DNA of 61,854 bases, taken from positions 62,001 to 123,854 of the IMG/VR virus record IMGVR_UViG_2576861459_000003; one strand, given 5' to 3'. Positions 36,459 to 46,100 of the stretch are shown here, one piece after another; within the stretch, counting starts at the first letter, position 1, and each line of letters starts with the position of its first letter. The DNA comes from an uncultured virus (IMG/VR IMGVR_UViG_2576861459_000003). Taxonomy: Duplodnaviria > Heunggongvirae > Uroviricota > Caudoviricetes. The translations under genes were made by a program, and so were the position numbers. Under the pieces are notes generated by a model. That model saw nothing but the letters and a program-made list of their open reading frames with translations. It was not told the DNA's origin and did not search any database.

Positions 36459-36520
36459 TTTGAGGGGATTCTTCCCCTCTCCTTTTTAAATAAAAGTCAG
36501 TTTTTAAACAGACTTAGGAG

Positions 36521-36886
36521 GTGGAGTTGTTGACAGAAACCGATGAAAATATTTTAAAAACCATTCCAGATAAAGCAACCTTTACATTCCACGAAGCAAC
36601 AACTGCCCCGTCTGAAGGTGAAGAATTTGTAGTATCACATTATCGGGATATTACTGTTAAGATCTCTGGTTCCTCAACTTCAAGAGAAATAAAATTCTTT
36701 GCCGTAGATGAAAATGGTGAAAAGACAGAAATTGCTGGAACAAACAAAACTGATTTTCAATTAGGTACGGGCACATTGAATACAAATGAAAACTGGGATT
36801 TCGATATTGCGGGGCTTTTCAAATTCATGGTCGAGGTCATTTCCGTAAATGGAGATGTTACGGTTAAAGGAATTGCGGTGAGTTAA
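36521..36886 (+). CDS. yomS: YomS (XepA-like domain) protein; start may be TTG 36530
   Basis: FTFHEATTAPSEGEEFVV..ISGSSTSREIKF..WDFDIAGLFK closely matches recalled YomS. Confidence 0.85.
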   Translation: MELLTETDENILKTIPDKATFTFHEATTAPSEGEEFVVSHYRDITVKISGSSTSREIKFFAVDENGEKTEIAGTNKTDFQLGTGTLNTNENWDFDIAGLFKFMVEVISVNGDVTVKGIAVS

Positions 36887-38232
36887 TGAGCAGCAGTAAA
36901 TTTGTAGGTCAGCTTAAACAAAACAATATACAAATCAATAACCTTAAAGATCAATTTTTCAGAACTGAATCTCATATGTCTGATCATGAAAAACGTTTAT
37001 CTGACAAAGTCGATGAGTTCATGGAAAAGCAAAATTCGGAATTAAAGTCGCATACTCAGAATACAGAAAACCCGCACAAAGTGACTAAAGAGCAAGTCGG
37101 ATTGTCAAATGTGCTTAATGAAGAGCAAGCCACAAAAGTTGCTTTTGATGGACACCTTGACGATAAGAAAAATCCTCATGCAGTTACTAAAAGCCAAGTT
37201 GGTTTGTCTAAGGTTGATAATGTTCAACAAGCAACGAAAACTGATTTTGATGCCCATTTAGAAGATAAAGAAAACCCACATGGTGTAACAAAAGCACAAA
37301 TAGGGTTATCAGCCGTCACTAACGACGTACAAGCAAAGAAAGCGGATTTTGACAAACACACCTCAGATACCTCTAATCCTCACAAGGTAACTGCTGAACA
37401 GGTTGGGCTTGGGAATGTAGACAATGTAAAACAAGCTACTAAAAATGATTTTGATAATCATCTAAATGACACTAATGTCCATATCAACAAATCTGATCGG
37501 GATAAATGGAACGATGCTCAACTCTTCAAACTCACTGCCGATGATGGAAAAGTAATCTACAAAGACAGTTCCGAAAAAACAGAGTACAACGATTTGATTA
37601 ACACTGGGTTTTATTTAATCGCCAACCAAGGGCTTCACTCCCCTGCCAACTTATCCAATGTCTATTTAGTTGTCATGAACTATGGAACTACAATTGCACA
37701 GTTTGCATTAGAGGCGTATTACGGAACGCATACTTATTTCCGTTTTAGAAAAAGCGATTCAACTTGGACTTCATGGCAAACACACGAAACAACTGACGGG
37801 GCACAAGTAAGAGCTACTACCGCACTCAACTCAGCGAAAGCCTACACTGATGCCCACGAAGCAAAAACTGATATTCACGTTACTTTAGATGACAAAGCCA
37901 GATGGAGTGGTACATCAGGTTCTTGGAACCCAGTTACACTTATTAATGGAGCTACACAATACTCCACTTACCCTTTCAAATTCTCAAGTGTAAACAACGT
38001 GTTATGGCTAAGAGGATCTTTCGGAACATTGCCGGCCATTGGAACTGCAGTTGCTAAATTCTCAACCAAGCCAACACAGCTGGTGGATTTTGTAGTACCC
38101 ACAATTGGATCATATGGAACAGCGAGATTTGCCTTCACAACAGATGGAGATTTACGTTTTGATGGATTGTACGCTAATGACATTAACAGTGTTTCCAGAG
38201 TTTCATTTAATATAGGAATTCCTTTATGGTAG
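36886..38232 (+). CDS. yomR: Tail fibre protein (YomR-like)
   Basis: NPHxVTKxQVGL repeats, pyocin-knob-like segment, beta-rich C-terminus. Confidence 0.75.
   Translation: MSSSKFVGQLKQNNIQINNLKDQFFRTESHMSDHEKRLSDKVDEFMEKQNSELKSHTQNTENPHKVTKEQVGLSNVLNEEQATKVAFDGHLDDKKNPHAVTKSQVGLSKVDNVQQATKTDFDAHLEDKENPHGVTKAQIGLSAVTNDVQAKKADFDKHTSDTSNPHKVTAEQVGLGNVDNVKQATKNDFDNHLNDTNVHINKSDRDKWNDAQLFKLTADDGKVIYKDSSEKTEYNDLINTGFYLIANQGLHSPANLSNVYLVVMNYGTTIAQFALEAYYGTHTYFRFRKSDSTWTSWQTHETTDGAQVRATTALNSAKAYTDAHEAKTDIHVTLDDKARWSGTSGSWNPVTLINGATQYSTYPFKFSSVNNVLWLRGSFGTLPAIGTAVAKFSTKPTQLVDFVVPTIGSYGTARFAFTTDGDLRFDGLYANDINSVSRVSFNIGIPLW
37051..37458 (+). repeat. Four 34-aa (102-bp) tandem repeats in the fibre
   Basis: H.....NPH.VT..Q(V/I)GL..V.N..QA.K..FD x4. 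Confidence 0.85.
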
Positions 38233-38246
38233 TAGGTGAAAATATT

Positions 38247-38564
38247 ATGCATGTTCTTTATTACGATGAGAACTTTATGTACGCTGGAGAAGACTTCATT
38301 GAAGGCGATGCTCTTCCTCCAAATAGTACAACTGCTGTCCCAGACCCCACAATAATCTTGCCCAAATATGATCCCAAGAAAAATAAATGGATTGAATCAG
38401 CAACTGAAGAATACAAGGATAGCGTTAAACCAAGTATCCCTGAACCTAACGATTTTGAAATAATAGGACAAACCCTGTCCCAACTCCGCCTGAGCTTGTT
38501 GCAAGTCAACAAAACAATAAACACAATGTTAAAAGATATTGCTGATTTAAAGGGAGGTTCATAA
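38247..38564 (+). CDS. yomQ: YomQ-like fibre-associated protein
   Basis: YYDENFMY..PPNSTT..P.YD..KWIE pattern; ATG 38247 after AGGTG. Confidence 0.65.
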   Translation: MHVLYYDENFMYAGEDFIEGDALPPNSTTAVPDPTIILPKYDPKKNKWIESATEEYKDSVKPSIPEPNDFEIIGQTLSQLRLSLLQVNKTINTMLKDIADLKGGS

Positions 38565-38565
38565 A

Positions 38566-38760
38566 ATAACTACATATAATTATTGGGTTAATGCCCTGAG
38601 TCGGAAATGGGCAACCGTCGATCAAGTCAAAGAAGCTTACCAGGAATTCAATGATGTGACAAAAGAAGAGCTACAATTAGGCGTAAAGAATGGTTTAGTC
38701 ACTTTAGAAGAGTACAAAGAAATCACTGGCGAAGACTACGAAGAAGCAGTCACAGAATAA
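38566..38760 (+). CDS. XkdX/YomP-family small protein with no canonical start (ATA at the RBS-optimal position)
   Basis: Frame ITTYNYWVNALSRKWAT...LVTLEEYKEITGEDY; GGGAGG 8 nt upstream. Confidence 0.7.
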   Translation: MTTYNYWVNALSRKWATVDQVKEAYQEFNDVTKEELQLGVKNGLVTLEEYKEITGEDYEEAVTE

Positions 38761-38776
38761 AATACAAGTTTTATTT

Positions 38777-38809
38777 AGACACCTCTCCCCTATTGAGGTG
38801 TCTTTTTTA
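38777..38809 (+). terminator. Intrinsic terminator
   Basis: AGACACCTC..GAGGTGTCT-TTTTT. Confidence 0.8.
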
Positions 38810-38842
38810 ATGTGTGCAGAGGATATATAAGGAGGAAATGAG

Positions 38843-39328
38843 ATGGCATCGAAAAAATTAAATCTTGGGTTAATCGAAGAAAGTGTAAGTAAATATGACA
38901 AGAAAGAACGAGTGCAACTAACTGATGACGTTCATGTTTTTATTTACCCTTACTTCTCCCCTACCCGCTTAACCAAAATGCTTACTGAATTAATTACTGA
39001 TCCACAAAATGCTCAAGAAAAAAACATTGACTTTAAAAGCATAAATCCTGTTCAATGGGGATTCTTTTCACTAATTAAAGAATTTACAGACTTGGGTATT
39101 CCAAGTGATATCAAAAACAAAGTAAAGTGGTTTGTTAAGCTTGTGGACTCTGAATTTTTCCCATTGATTATCAGTAGTTTCCCTGAAGAAAGCATGAAGA
39201 AATTTAGAGAAGCAACAAAGATGATGCAAGAAAATTTAGACAAACTGTCAAACATATCTCAAGAAGAAATAAATGATCTTATCCTTAATAAGGTCGAAGA
39301 GATTGAAAATGAACAAGAGGCTGAATAA
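38843..39328 (+). CDS. yomO: YomO-like protein (putative tail assembly chaperone)
   Basis: 161 aa, synteny. Confidence 0.6.
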   Translation: MASKKLNLGLIEESVSKYDKKERVQLTDDVHVFIYPYFSPTRLTKMLTELITDPQNAQEKNIDFKSINPVQWGFFSLIKEFTDLGIPSDIKNKVKWFVKLVDSEFFPLIISSFPEESMKKFREATKMMQENLDKLSNISQEEINDLILNKVEEIENEQEAE

Positions 39329-39744
39329 TGGCCAAGAATATAAAAGATATAGCAGCACTAATTGAATATGCCGCGAAGCAAGCCGTTCAAAAACAGGCAA
39401 ACACAAAAAATACGCTGATTAAAACAGGTCAAGAGCATGTGCAATCTGATGTGTACGACGCCTACAATCCCCTAGAATATGAACGTACATCTCTTTTGAA
39501 GGACTCCTTTGTCATTCAAAACGAATCTAACGGAATTTCATTAGACAATACCCGTGGAGACAACGGTAAGAATGTTGCCACGGTTGTTGAGACTGGTCAA
39601 GGGTACACGTATCCAGATAAATACGATTATGGATACGGAAAACCACGCCCATTTATGAAGAATACTGCTGAATCCTTAAAAGATGGACGATTAGTTGCTG
39701 CTATGAAGAAAGATTTAAATGCAAGTGGTATTAAAACAGAATAA
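39328..39744 (+). CDS. yomN: YomN-like protein (HK97 gp10-like tail component)
   Basis: YERTSLLKDS and PRPFM motifs. Confidence 0.65.
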   Translation: MAKNIKDIAALIEYAAKQAVQKQANTKNTLIKTGQEHVQSDVYDAYNPLEYERTSLLKDSFVIQNESNGISLDNTRGDNGKNVATVVETGQGYTYPDKYDYGYGKPRPFMKNTAESLKDGRLVAAMKKDLNASGIKTE

Positions 39745-39757
39745 CGGTGGTGTATTA

Positions 39758-40777
39758 ATGGCCAAAATCAAAAAAGTGCGCTATTTCACCAAAGAAAGAA
39801 AAGCACTTATTTCAAAAGAAAACAGAAAGAAATACGATAAGTATCTCAATAGCAACATAATCAAAAACAGAGATGTAAAAGACACTACCTACAAGGTTTA
39901 CAGCAATTATATGGATCAGTTTTTGGTTTATCTCGCTGAAAAATGGTCTAATATCGATCTGTATTCTGAAGAATTCATGGAAGATGCAGTGGATATTATG
40001 GAAGGATACATTAGCTTTTGTCAGGATGTCCTTTTTAACAATAAAAAAGTAATCAACACTAAGCTTTCAACAGTTTCGAGTTTTTATCTTTGGAGTCTTA
40101 AACGGGGATATATCGATAAACACCCCTTCGATAAAAAACTTGACCGCATGAAAGGTGCAAATGAAGAAAAAATCATCAACTCTTATTATCTCGATGATGA
40201 ACAGATGAACCTTATAACTGAAACCCTCAAAACTGACCCGAAATTTGATATCCAAGATAAGCTAATATGGTCTATAATGCTAGACTCAGCTAACCGAATC
40301 GGGGCTATTTCCAAGCTTACTATCCAGGCTCTTGATCTAGAAAACATGGTTTTTAATGACATACGAGAAAAACGCGGGTACAAGGTTGAAGTGGCATTTA
40401 ACGACTACAGTAAAGAGCTAATACTCGAATGGTTAGAAATGCGAAAAGAGATGGATAATCTCGAAGTCGATTCCCTGTTCATTACTAAATACGGTGGTGA
40501 ATATCGTCAAATGTCAAAAGGCACTATTCAAGACCGGGTTACCAAGATCGGAGAAATTCTTGGACTCGATGACTTTCATGCTCACTGCATCCGAAAAACT
40601 GCCCTCAATGACATCTACGTTAAAACTGGCGACCTCTCTCTCGCTGCTGAAATGGGAAACCACAAATCAGTTGAGACCACCCGTTCGAGTTATATTAAGC
40701 CTCAAACAAAAGCTGAAGTCCGCCAGAAGATCATTAAAATGAAACAGAAGATGCAAGAAAGTAAAAAGAAAGACTAA
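39758..40777 (+). CDS. yomM: Tyrosine recombinase at the yomM position
   Basis: SAM-like N-terminal domain; catalytic R (NRIGA), HCIRK, GNH, Y. Confidence 0.85.
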   Translation: MAKIKKVRYFTKERKALISKENRKKYDKYLNSNIIKNRDVKDTTYKVYSNYMDQFLVYLAEKWSNIDLYSEEFMEDAVDIMEGYISFCQDVLFNNKKVINTKLSTVSSFYLWSLKRGYIDKHPFDKKLDRMKGANEEKIINSYYLDDEQMNLITETLKTDPKFDIQDKLIWSIMLDSANRIGAISKLTIQALDLENMVFNDIREKRGYKVEVAFNDYSKELILEWLEMRKEMDNLEVDSLFITKYGGEYRQMSKGTIQDRVTKIGEILGLDDFHAHCIRKTALNDIYVKTGDLSLAAEMGNHKSVETTRSSYIKPQTKAEVRQKIIKMKQKMQESKKKD

Positions 40778-40896
40778 GAAAAGCTTGTTGGATAACATAT
40801 CAATTGATTTGCTTTAGTCAGCACTCTTTATGAAATCCCTCTTTTATGCAGAATCAAGATTCCTCAAACCAGAGGGATTTTGCTTATGTATAGAAT

Positions 40897-41604
40897 TCAC
40901 GAATTGCTTTCACAGTAAGAGTTAATTTGAGTGACAATACCTTTGATCATTTTTAAATAAAATTGTAAAGTATCTAATACAGGCTTTCTAGTTTTCTCAA
41001 ACGAAAAGTATGCATTTACTTTCCCATTATATTCAGATAAATACGGATTGTTATTTAAATCTTTGACAGGGACACCATTAACCGAAAACGGATGCTCAGA
41101 TCCCTTAAACTGCAAATTAGACATATTAATTCCTGGAATTGTAGCATAGTTAATAACACCCGACTTTAATTTTTTATTCCTTGTCAACTTTATATGCTTA
41201 CTTTCATTTGTAATATTCTTAAACTCTTTTAACCAAAAATCCCCATAATAAAAAGGTTGACTTTTTTTAAGCAACTGAAAGATCTCCTTATGATCAGACT
41301 CTAATCCAACAAAGCACTTGTTCACCTCTTTATCAAAAGTTTTTTCCTGAGGATAGCATGGAAAATAGATTTTCCGTTTAATATGATTTATGTTACTGTG
41401 TCTTAATTTTGCCTTTTCCAAACAAAAAATTTCAAATAAATCATATGCTGCATAATCTAATGATGAATTTAAGGTTTCTAAAAAATTCTTAACTTTAAAA
41501 CTCAATGAACGATCTAGGTCTTCGATCAGTGCCTGTTCATGTAATGTAACAATTTTTTCAAAAATATCAGTTGCTTCTTCTAATAAATAAAGTGAATCGC
41601 TCAT
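40897..41604 (-). CDS. Hypothetical moron antisense to the late operon
   Basis: 235 aa, AT-rich, RBS AAGGGGG; SSLDY..FP..NESKH motifs; hairpin at ~40856-40881. Confidence 0.75.
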   Translation of the reverse strand: MSDSLYLLEEATDIFEKIVTLHEQALIEDLDRSLSFKVKNFLETLNSSLDYAAYDLFEIFCLEKAKLRHSNINHIKRKIYFPCYPQEKTFDKEVNKCFVGLESDHKEIFQLLKKSQPFYYGDFWLKEFKNITNESKHIKLTRNKKLKSGVINYATIPGINMSNLQFKGSEHPFSVNGVPVKDLNNNPYLSEYNGKVNAYFSFEKTRKPVLDTLQFYLKMIKGIVTQINSYCESNS

Positions 41605-41663
41605 GGTTTACCCCCTTAATTGACCAATAATAACTAACTATAGCAAAACAAGGAGGGAAAAAC

Positions 41664-41822
41664 ATGGAAAAGAACGAAATTATAAAAATTTTTGAAGAGG
41701 TTCTTGAAGATTGGTTTTCAATTGAATTATTGGTTGAAATGCAATGCGGTGGTGAAAGCGAGTATTTAGAAGCAAAAAGAGATTTTATTAAAACAAGGTT
41801 TATGGAAGCGATAAATAAATGA
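41664..41822 (+). CDS. 52-aa small protein absent from the ORF track (MEKNEIIKIFEEVLEDWFS...)
   Basis: AAGGAGGG RBS, ATG 41664, TGA 41820-41822. Confidence 0.75.
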   Translation: MEKNEIIKIFEEVLEDWFSIELLVEMQCGGESEYLEAKRDFIKTRFMEAINK

Positions 41823-41879
41823 TTGTTTTTCAGTTAGATACGCTTAACACTTTATCTTGTCTGCCGATAGTAAGATGAG

Positions 41880-42299
41880 GTGTTGATAATGTTTAACAAA
41901 ACAACTGTTCGACGGAAATTGGCTGAACTGGATGCAACAGAGTTAATAAAATTTATAAGAACAGAATTTCCGTCCACTGGACAAGATATCAATTCATTAA
42001 ATATAAAGCTTCAGGTTTTAAAATCTTTGAATCATGAGGAATTATCTGCAGCTATAGCAAGGATGTCAAGAATTGAAACAGCGTGCGATGTTTCAAAAAC
42101 GATATCATTATCCGCAATCGTTGTAACAAGTATAACTCTTTTATTTAAAACAGTGTTCGGTGATAATAGCTCAGTAATGTCCTTTTTGGTAATTCTTTGT
42201 GTAATAGCCGTATATAGATACACTGCACTTGATAAAAATACTCATACGACTGCTGTGTATTTTAAAGACCTCCTCATTAGAATAAAAAGTGATAAATAA
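41880..42299 (+). CDS. Two-TM membrane protein (moron)
   Basis: Two C-terminal hydrophobic segments. Confidence 0.7.
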   Translation: MLIMFNKTTVRRKLAELDATELIKFIRTEFPSTGQDINSLNIKLQVLKSLNHEELSAAIARMSRIETACDVSKTISLSAIVVTSITLLFKTVFGDNSSVMSFLVILCVIAVYRYTALDKNTHTTAVYFKDLLIRIKSDK

Positions 42300-42370
42300 A
42301 CAATCTGCATTCATACTACCCTACTGGAAACCATGATATAATGTAGGAAAATAATACTGGTGGTGGTTGG

Positions 42371-43051
42371 ATGGGTTATAAGATTATGGGTTATGGCGGC
42401 TATTTTTTATTCAGCCTTTTCTTCTGTTTAATGGATGGTTGGAAACCTCTGGGAGTTTGTTTGACAATCCTAGGCTTACTTATATTAGCTACTGAACCGT
42501 ACAGGATAAAATCCGCAGCACTTGCAGATAAGATTAGAAAAAATGCTGAAATGCTAAAGGCCTACGATAGCGAATTTAATCCTGATAATTTCTTTAGCAC
42601 TTATAAAACCAAAATTGCTTATAATGAAGATAAGTGTATTCTTAAGGTATATCAGCTTAATGGCGAAGAAATAAACGAGTATGTTATCCCTTTTGACCAA
42701 ATTATTCAATCTGAAATCTCACTGGATGATCAGGTGATTTCGAAGGTTGCCAAATCAGGGATTATTGCTGGAGGATTATTAGGTGGTGGAATCGGTGCAG
42801 CAATTGGCGGTTTGTCAGCCTCCTCTACTCAAACAGAAATGGTGAAGTCAATTACGCTTAAAATTACAGTCGAAAACCTCAAAAATCCTATACACTATAT
42901 CCACTTCCTTCCTTCTCGTGAGGATGATGGATATGAACCTCAAGGTTATAAAAAAGACGGTAATATAATTCAACAGGCTTTGAAAAACGCCGAATATTGG
43001 CAAAGTGTTATGGATGTAATTATCAAGAAAACAAGTACAGTCGCTCAATAA
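42371..43051 (+). CDS. yomJ: YomJ-like membrane protein (putative superinfection immunity)
   Basis: 226 aa, N-terminal TMs, GGLLGGGIGAAIGG; own TGATATAAT promoter; directly upstream of the tape measure. Confidence 0.7.
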   Translation: MGYKIMGYGGYFLFSLFFCLMDGWKPLGVCLTILGLLILATEPYRIKSAALADKIRKNAEMLKAYDSEFNPDNFFSTYKTKIAYNEDKCILKVYQLNGEEINEYVIPFDQIIQSEISLDDQVISKVAKSGIIAGGLLGGGIGAAIGGLSASSTQTEMVKSITLKITVENLKNPIHYIHFLPSREDDGYEPQGYKKDGNIIQQALKNAEYWQSVMDVIIKKTSTVAQ

Positions 43052-43109
43052 TTTGAGTGGCTTTTTTATTTGCTCTGATTAGCCCCACTTGAAAGGATGT
43101 GACTTATTT

Positions 43110-46100
43110 TTGAGTCAAGATTTAAAAATAATATTGACCCCAAAAGCTGATACCTCCTCAAAGACTGTCGAACAGTTAAATCAGCAAATTAAATCTTTAG
43201 AGAAAAAGCTTAATTCCCTTAATTTAAAGACCAATATTGATGCCTCTGCTTTAAAGACTCTCAACGACTTCTCCTCTGCGGTTGACACTTACCAAAAACA
43301 TCTCAAATCCTTCAATCAAACAATTAAAGAAACTACAATGATTACCAGAAATGCTGATGGTACTGTTGAAAAACTTACGCAGCAGTATAAGAAAAATGGC
43401 GAAATCATTCAGCGTGAAACAAAGACCATAGACAATCGCAATCAATCATTACGAGAACAAACGCAAGAAGTTAACAGGCTTGCTCAAGCGACTGAAAAAC
43501 TAGGTCAGGTACAGAAAAGAACAGAACAGAAGAATTCTCAAGGACAAACAACGAGGGTTACTCAAAAGAACCGCAATGGCTTCGATGATATAACATATAC
43601 GACTGATCCAAAAACAAACGCTACTACGTCAAAAGTAACAACGAATTATGATCAACAACGAAAAGCTATTGAACAATTAAAGCTAGATTTAGAAAAACTT
43701 AGACAGCAAGGAATTGTAACTGACACCACCCTCTCTTCTCTTGGACGGAAATTAAACACTGCTCAAACAGCTCAACAAATTGAAGCATTACAAAACAGAA
43801 TTAAAATGCTCGATGATAAGTCTGCTGCTGTAGCTAAAAATAATGAACTCCGAAAAACTATTGAGCTTTATCAACGGCAAGCGCAGGTAAACGTACAAAA
43901 CCTTAATACGCGTTATGGCGATACGATGGGCGCTGGAAGTAGACAAGCTATCCAAGAATATCTGAATGCAGTTAATAGTCTTAACGTAAGTGTCGGCGGA
44001 AGCAATATCAGATCTCAAATGCAAAGCTTGAACATGCAATTCAGGGAATTGGCTTCAAATGCGCAATCAGCAGCTAGTCAAGCCTCTTCTTTCGGCGCGG
44101 AGCTAACACAAGCTTTCAAAAGTATGTCTACATATTTAATCTCTGGTTCTTTGTTCTACGGCGCTATATCTGGACTCAAGGAAATGGTATCTCAGGCTGT
44201 TGAAATTGATACTCTAATGACAAACATCAGACGTGTGATGAATGAGCCTGATTACAAGTACAATGAACTTCTTCAAGAGTCAATCGATTTAGGTGACACA
44301 CTTTCAAACAAAATCACTGACATTCTCCAAATGACCGGTGATTTCGGGCGTATGGGCTTCGATGAAAGTGAATTGTCCACTCTAACAAAAACCGCCCAGG
44401 TTCTACAAAACGTCTCTGACTTAACTCCTGATGACACAGTTAACACTTTAACTGCCGCCATGTTAAACTTCAATATTGCAGCCAATGATACAATTTCAAT
44501 TGCAGACAAGCTAAATGAAGTGGATAACAATTACGCAGTAACTACTCTTGATCTGGCCAATTCTATTCGGAAAGCAGGAAGCACCGCTTCGACTTTCGGC
44601 GTTGAATTAAACGATCTGATTGGTTATACTACAGCAATTGCAAGTACCACTCGTGAATCAGGAAACGTTGTTGGTAACTCACTTAAAACTATTTTTGCCC
44701 GGATAGGAAACAACCGAAGCGCAATCAAAGCGTTGGATGAAATTGGAATTTCTGTAAAGACTGCAGGTGGAGAAGCAAAATCTGCGAGTGAGTTGATTAA
44801 TGAGGTAGCAGCCAAATGGAACACATTAACTGATGCTCAAAGACAAAACACTTCTATTGGCGTTGCGAATATCCATCAATTGTCTCGATTTAATGCCTTA
44901 ATGAACAACTTCTCTATCGCCCAAAATGCCGCAACAACTGCTTCTAATTCTGCAGGTAGCGCTTGGAGCGAACAACAGAAATACGCAGATAGCTTACAAG
45001 CAAGATTAAATAAACTTCAAAACAATTTCACCGAATTGGCTATAGCTTCATCGGATGCCTTTATTAGCGACGGATTGATTGAGTTCACTCAAGCTCTGGG
45101 TTCTTTGTTAAAAGCATCTACTGGAATAATAAACACTGTTGGTTTCCTCCCCCCTCTTTTTGTAACGATTAGCACCGCTACATTGTTACTTAGTAAAAAC
45201 ACTCGAACTTTAGCTACTACTCTTATATTTGGCTCAAAAGCAATGAGACAAGAAGCATTAGCTAGCATCGGATTAGAAGCAGGTATGACCCGCGCTGCTA
45301 TTGCATCAAGGGTTTTGAAAACTGCTCTTAGAGGGCTTCTGGTTTCCTCAGTGGTTGGGGTTGCATTTGTTGCACTGGGCTTTGCTTTAGAAAGCGTAGT
45401 TTCATCATTCGCAGATGCCAAAAAAGCTAAAGATGATTTTGAACAGAGTCAACAGACTAATGTTGAAGCAATTACAACCAACAAAGACTCCACAGATAAA
45501 CTGATCAAACAGTACAAAGAGCTTCAAAAAGCTAAGGAATCAAGAACCCTTTCATCAGACGAAGAACAAGAATACCTTCAAGTTACTCAGCAATTGGCTC
45601 AGACATTCCCCGCTTTAATTCAAGGTTATGACTCTCAAGGAAATGCAATTTTAAAAAGTAATAAAGCTTTAGAAGAAGCTATTGAGAACACTAAAGAATA
45701 CCTTGAACTTAAAAAGACGGAAACTAAAGACAGCGCCAAGAAAACTTTCGAGGACGCTTCTAAAGAAATTAAAAAGTCTAAAGATGAGTTGAAGCAATAC
45801 AAACAAATTGCTGATTATAATGATAAAGGCAGACCAAAATGGGACTTCCTTGCTGATGATGAAGATTATAAAATCGCTGCAGATAAAGCGAAGCAAGGTA
45901 TGCTTAAAGCACAATCTGACATAGCAAGTGGAAATGCAAAGGTTAGAGACAGTGTTCTCTCAATCGCCCAAGCATACAGTTCTATAGATATCAGCAATAC
46001 TTTAAAAACGAGTATCAATGACATTGTAGGCAAACTCACTTTAAAAGATGATTTGAATCCTGATGATCTCGATAAATTCTCTTCTGCATTGGGTAAACTC

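Noticed and set aside
38843..39744. Programmed frameshift in tail chaperone genes
   Set aside because: No convincing slippery site identified, and the genes are joined by a normal TAATG overlap
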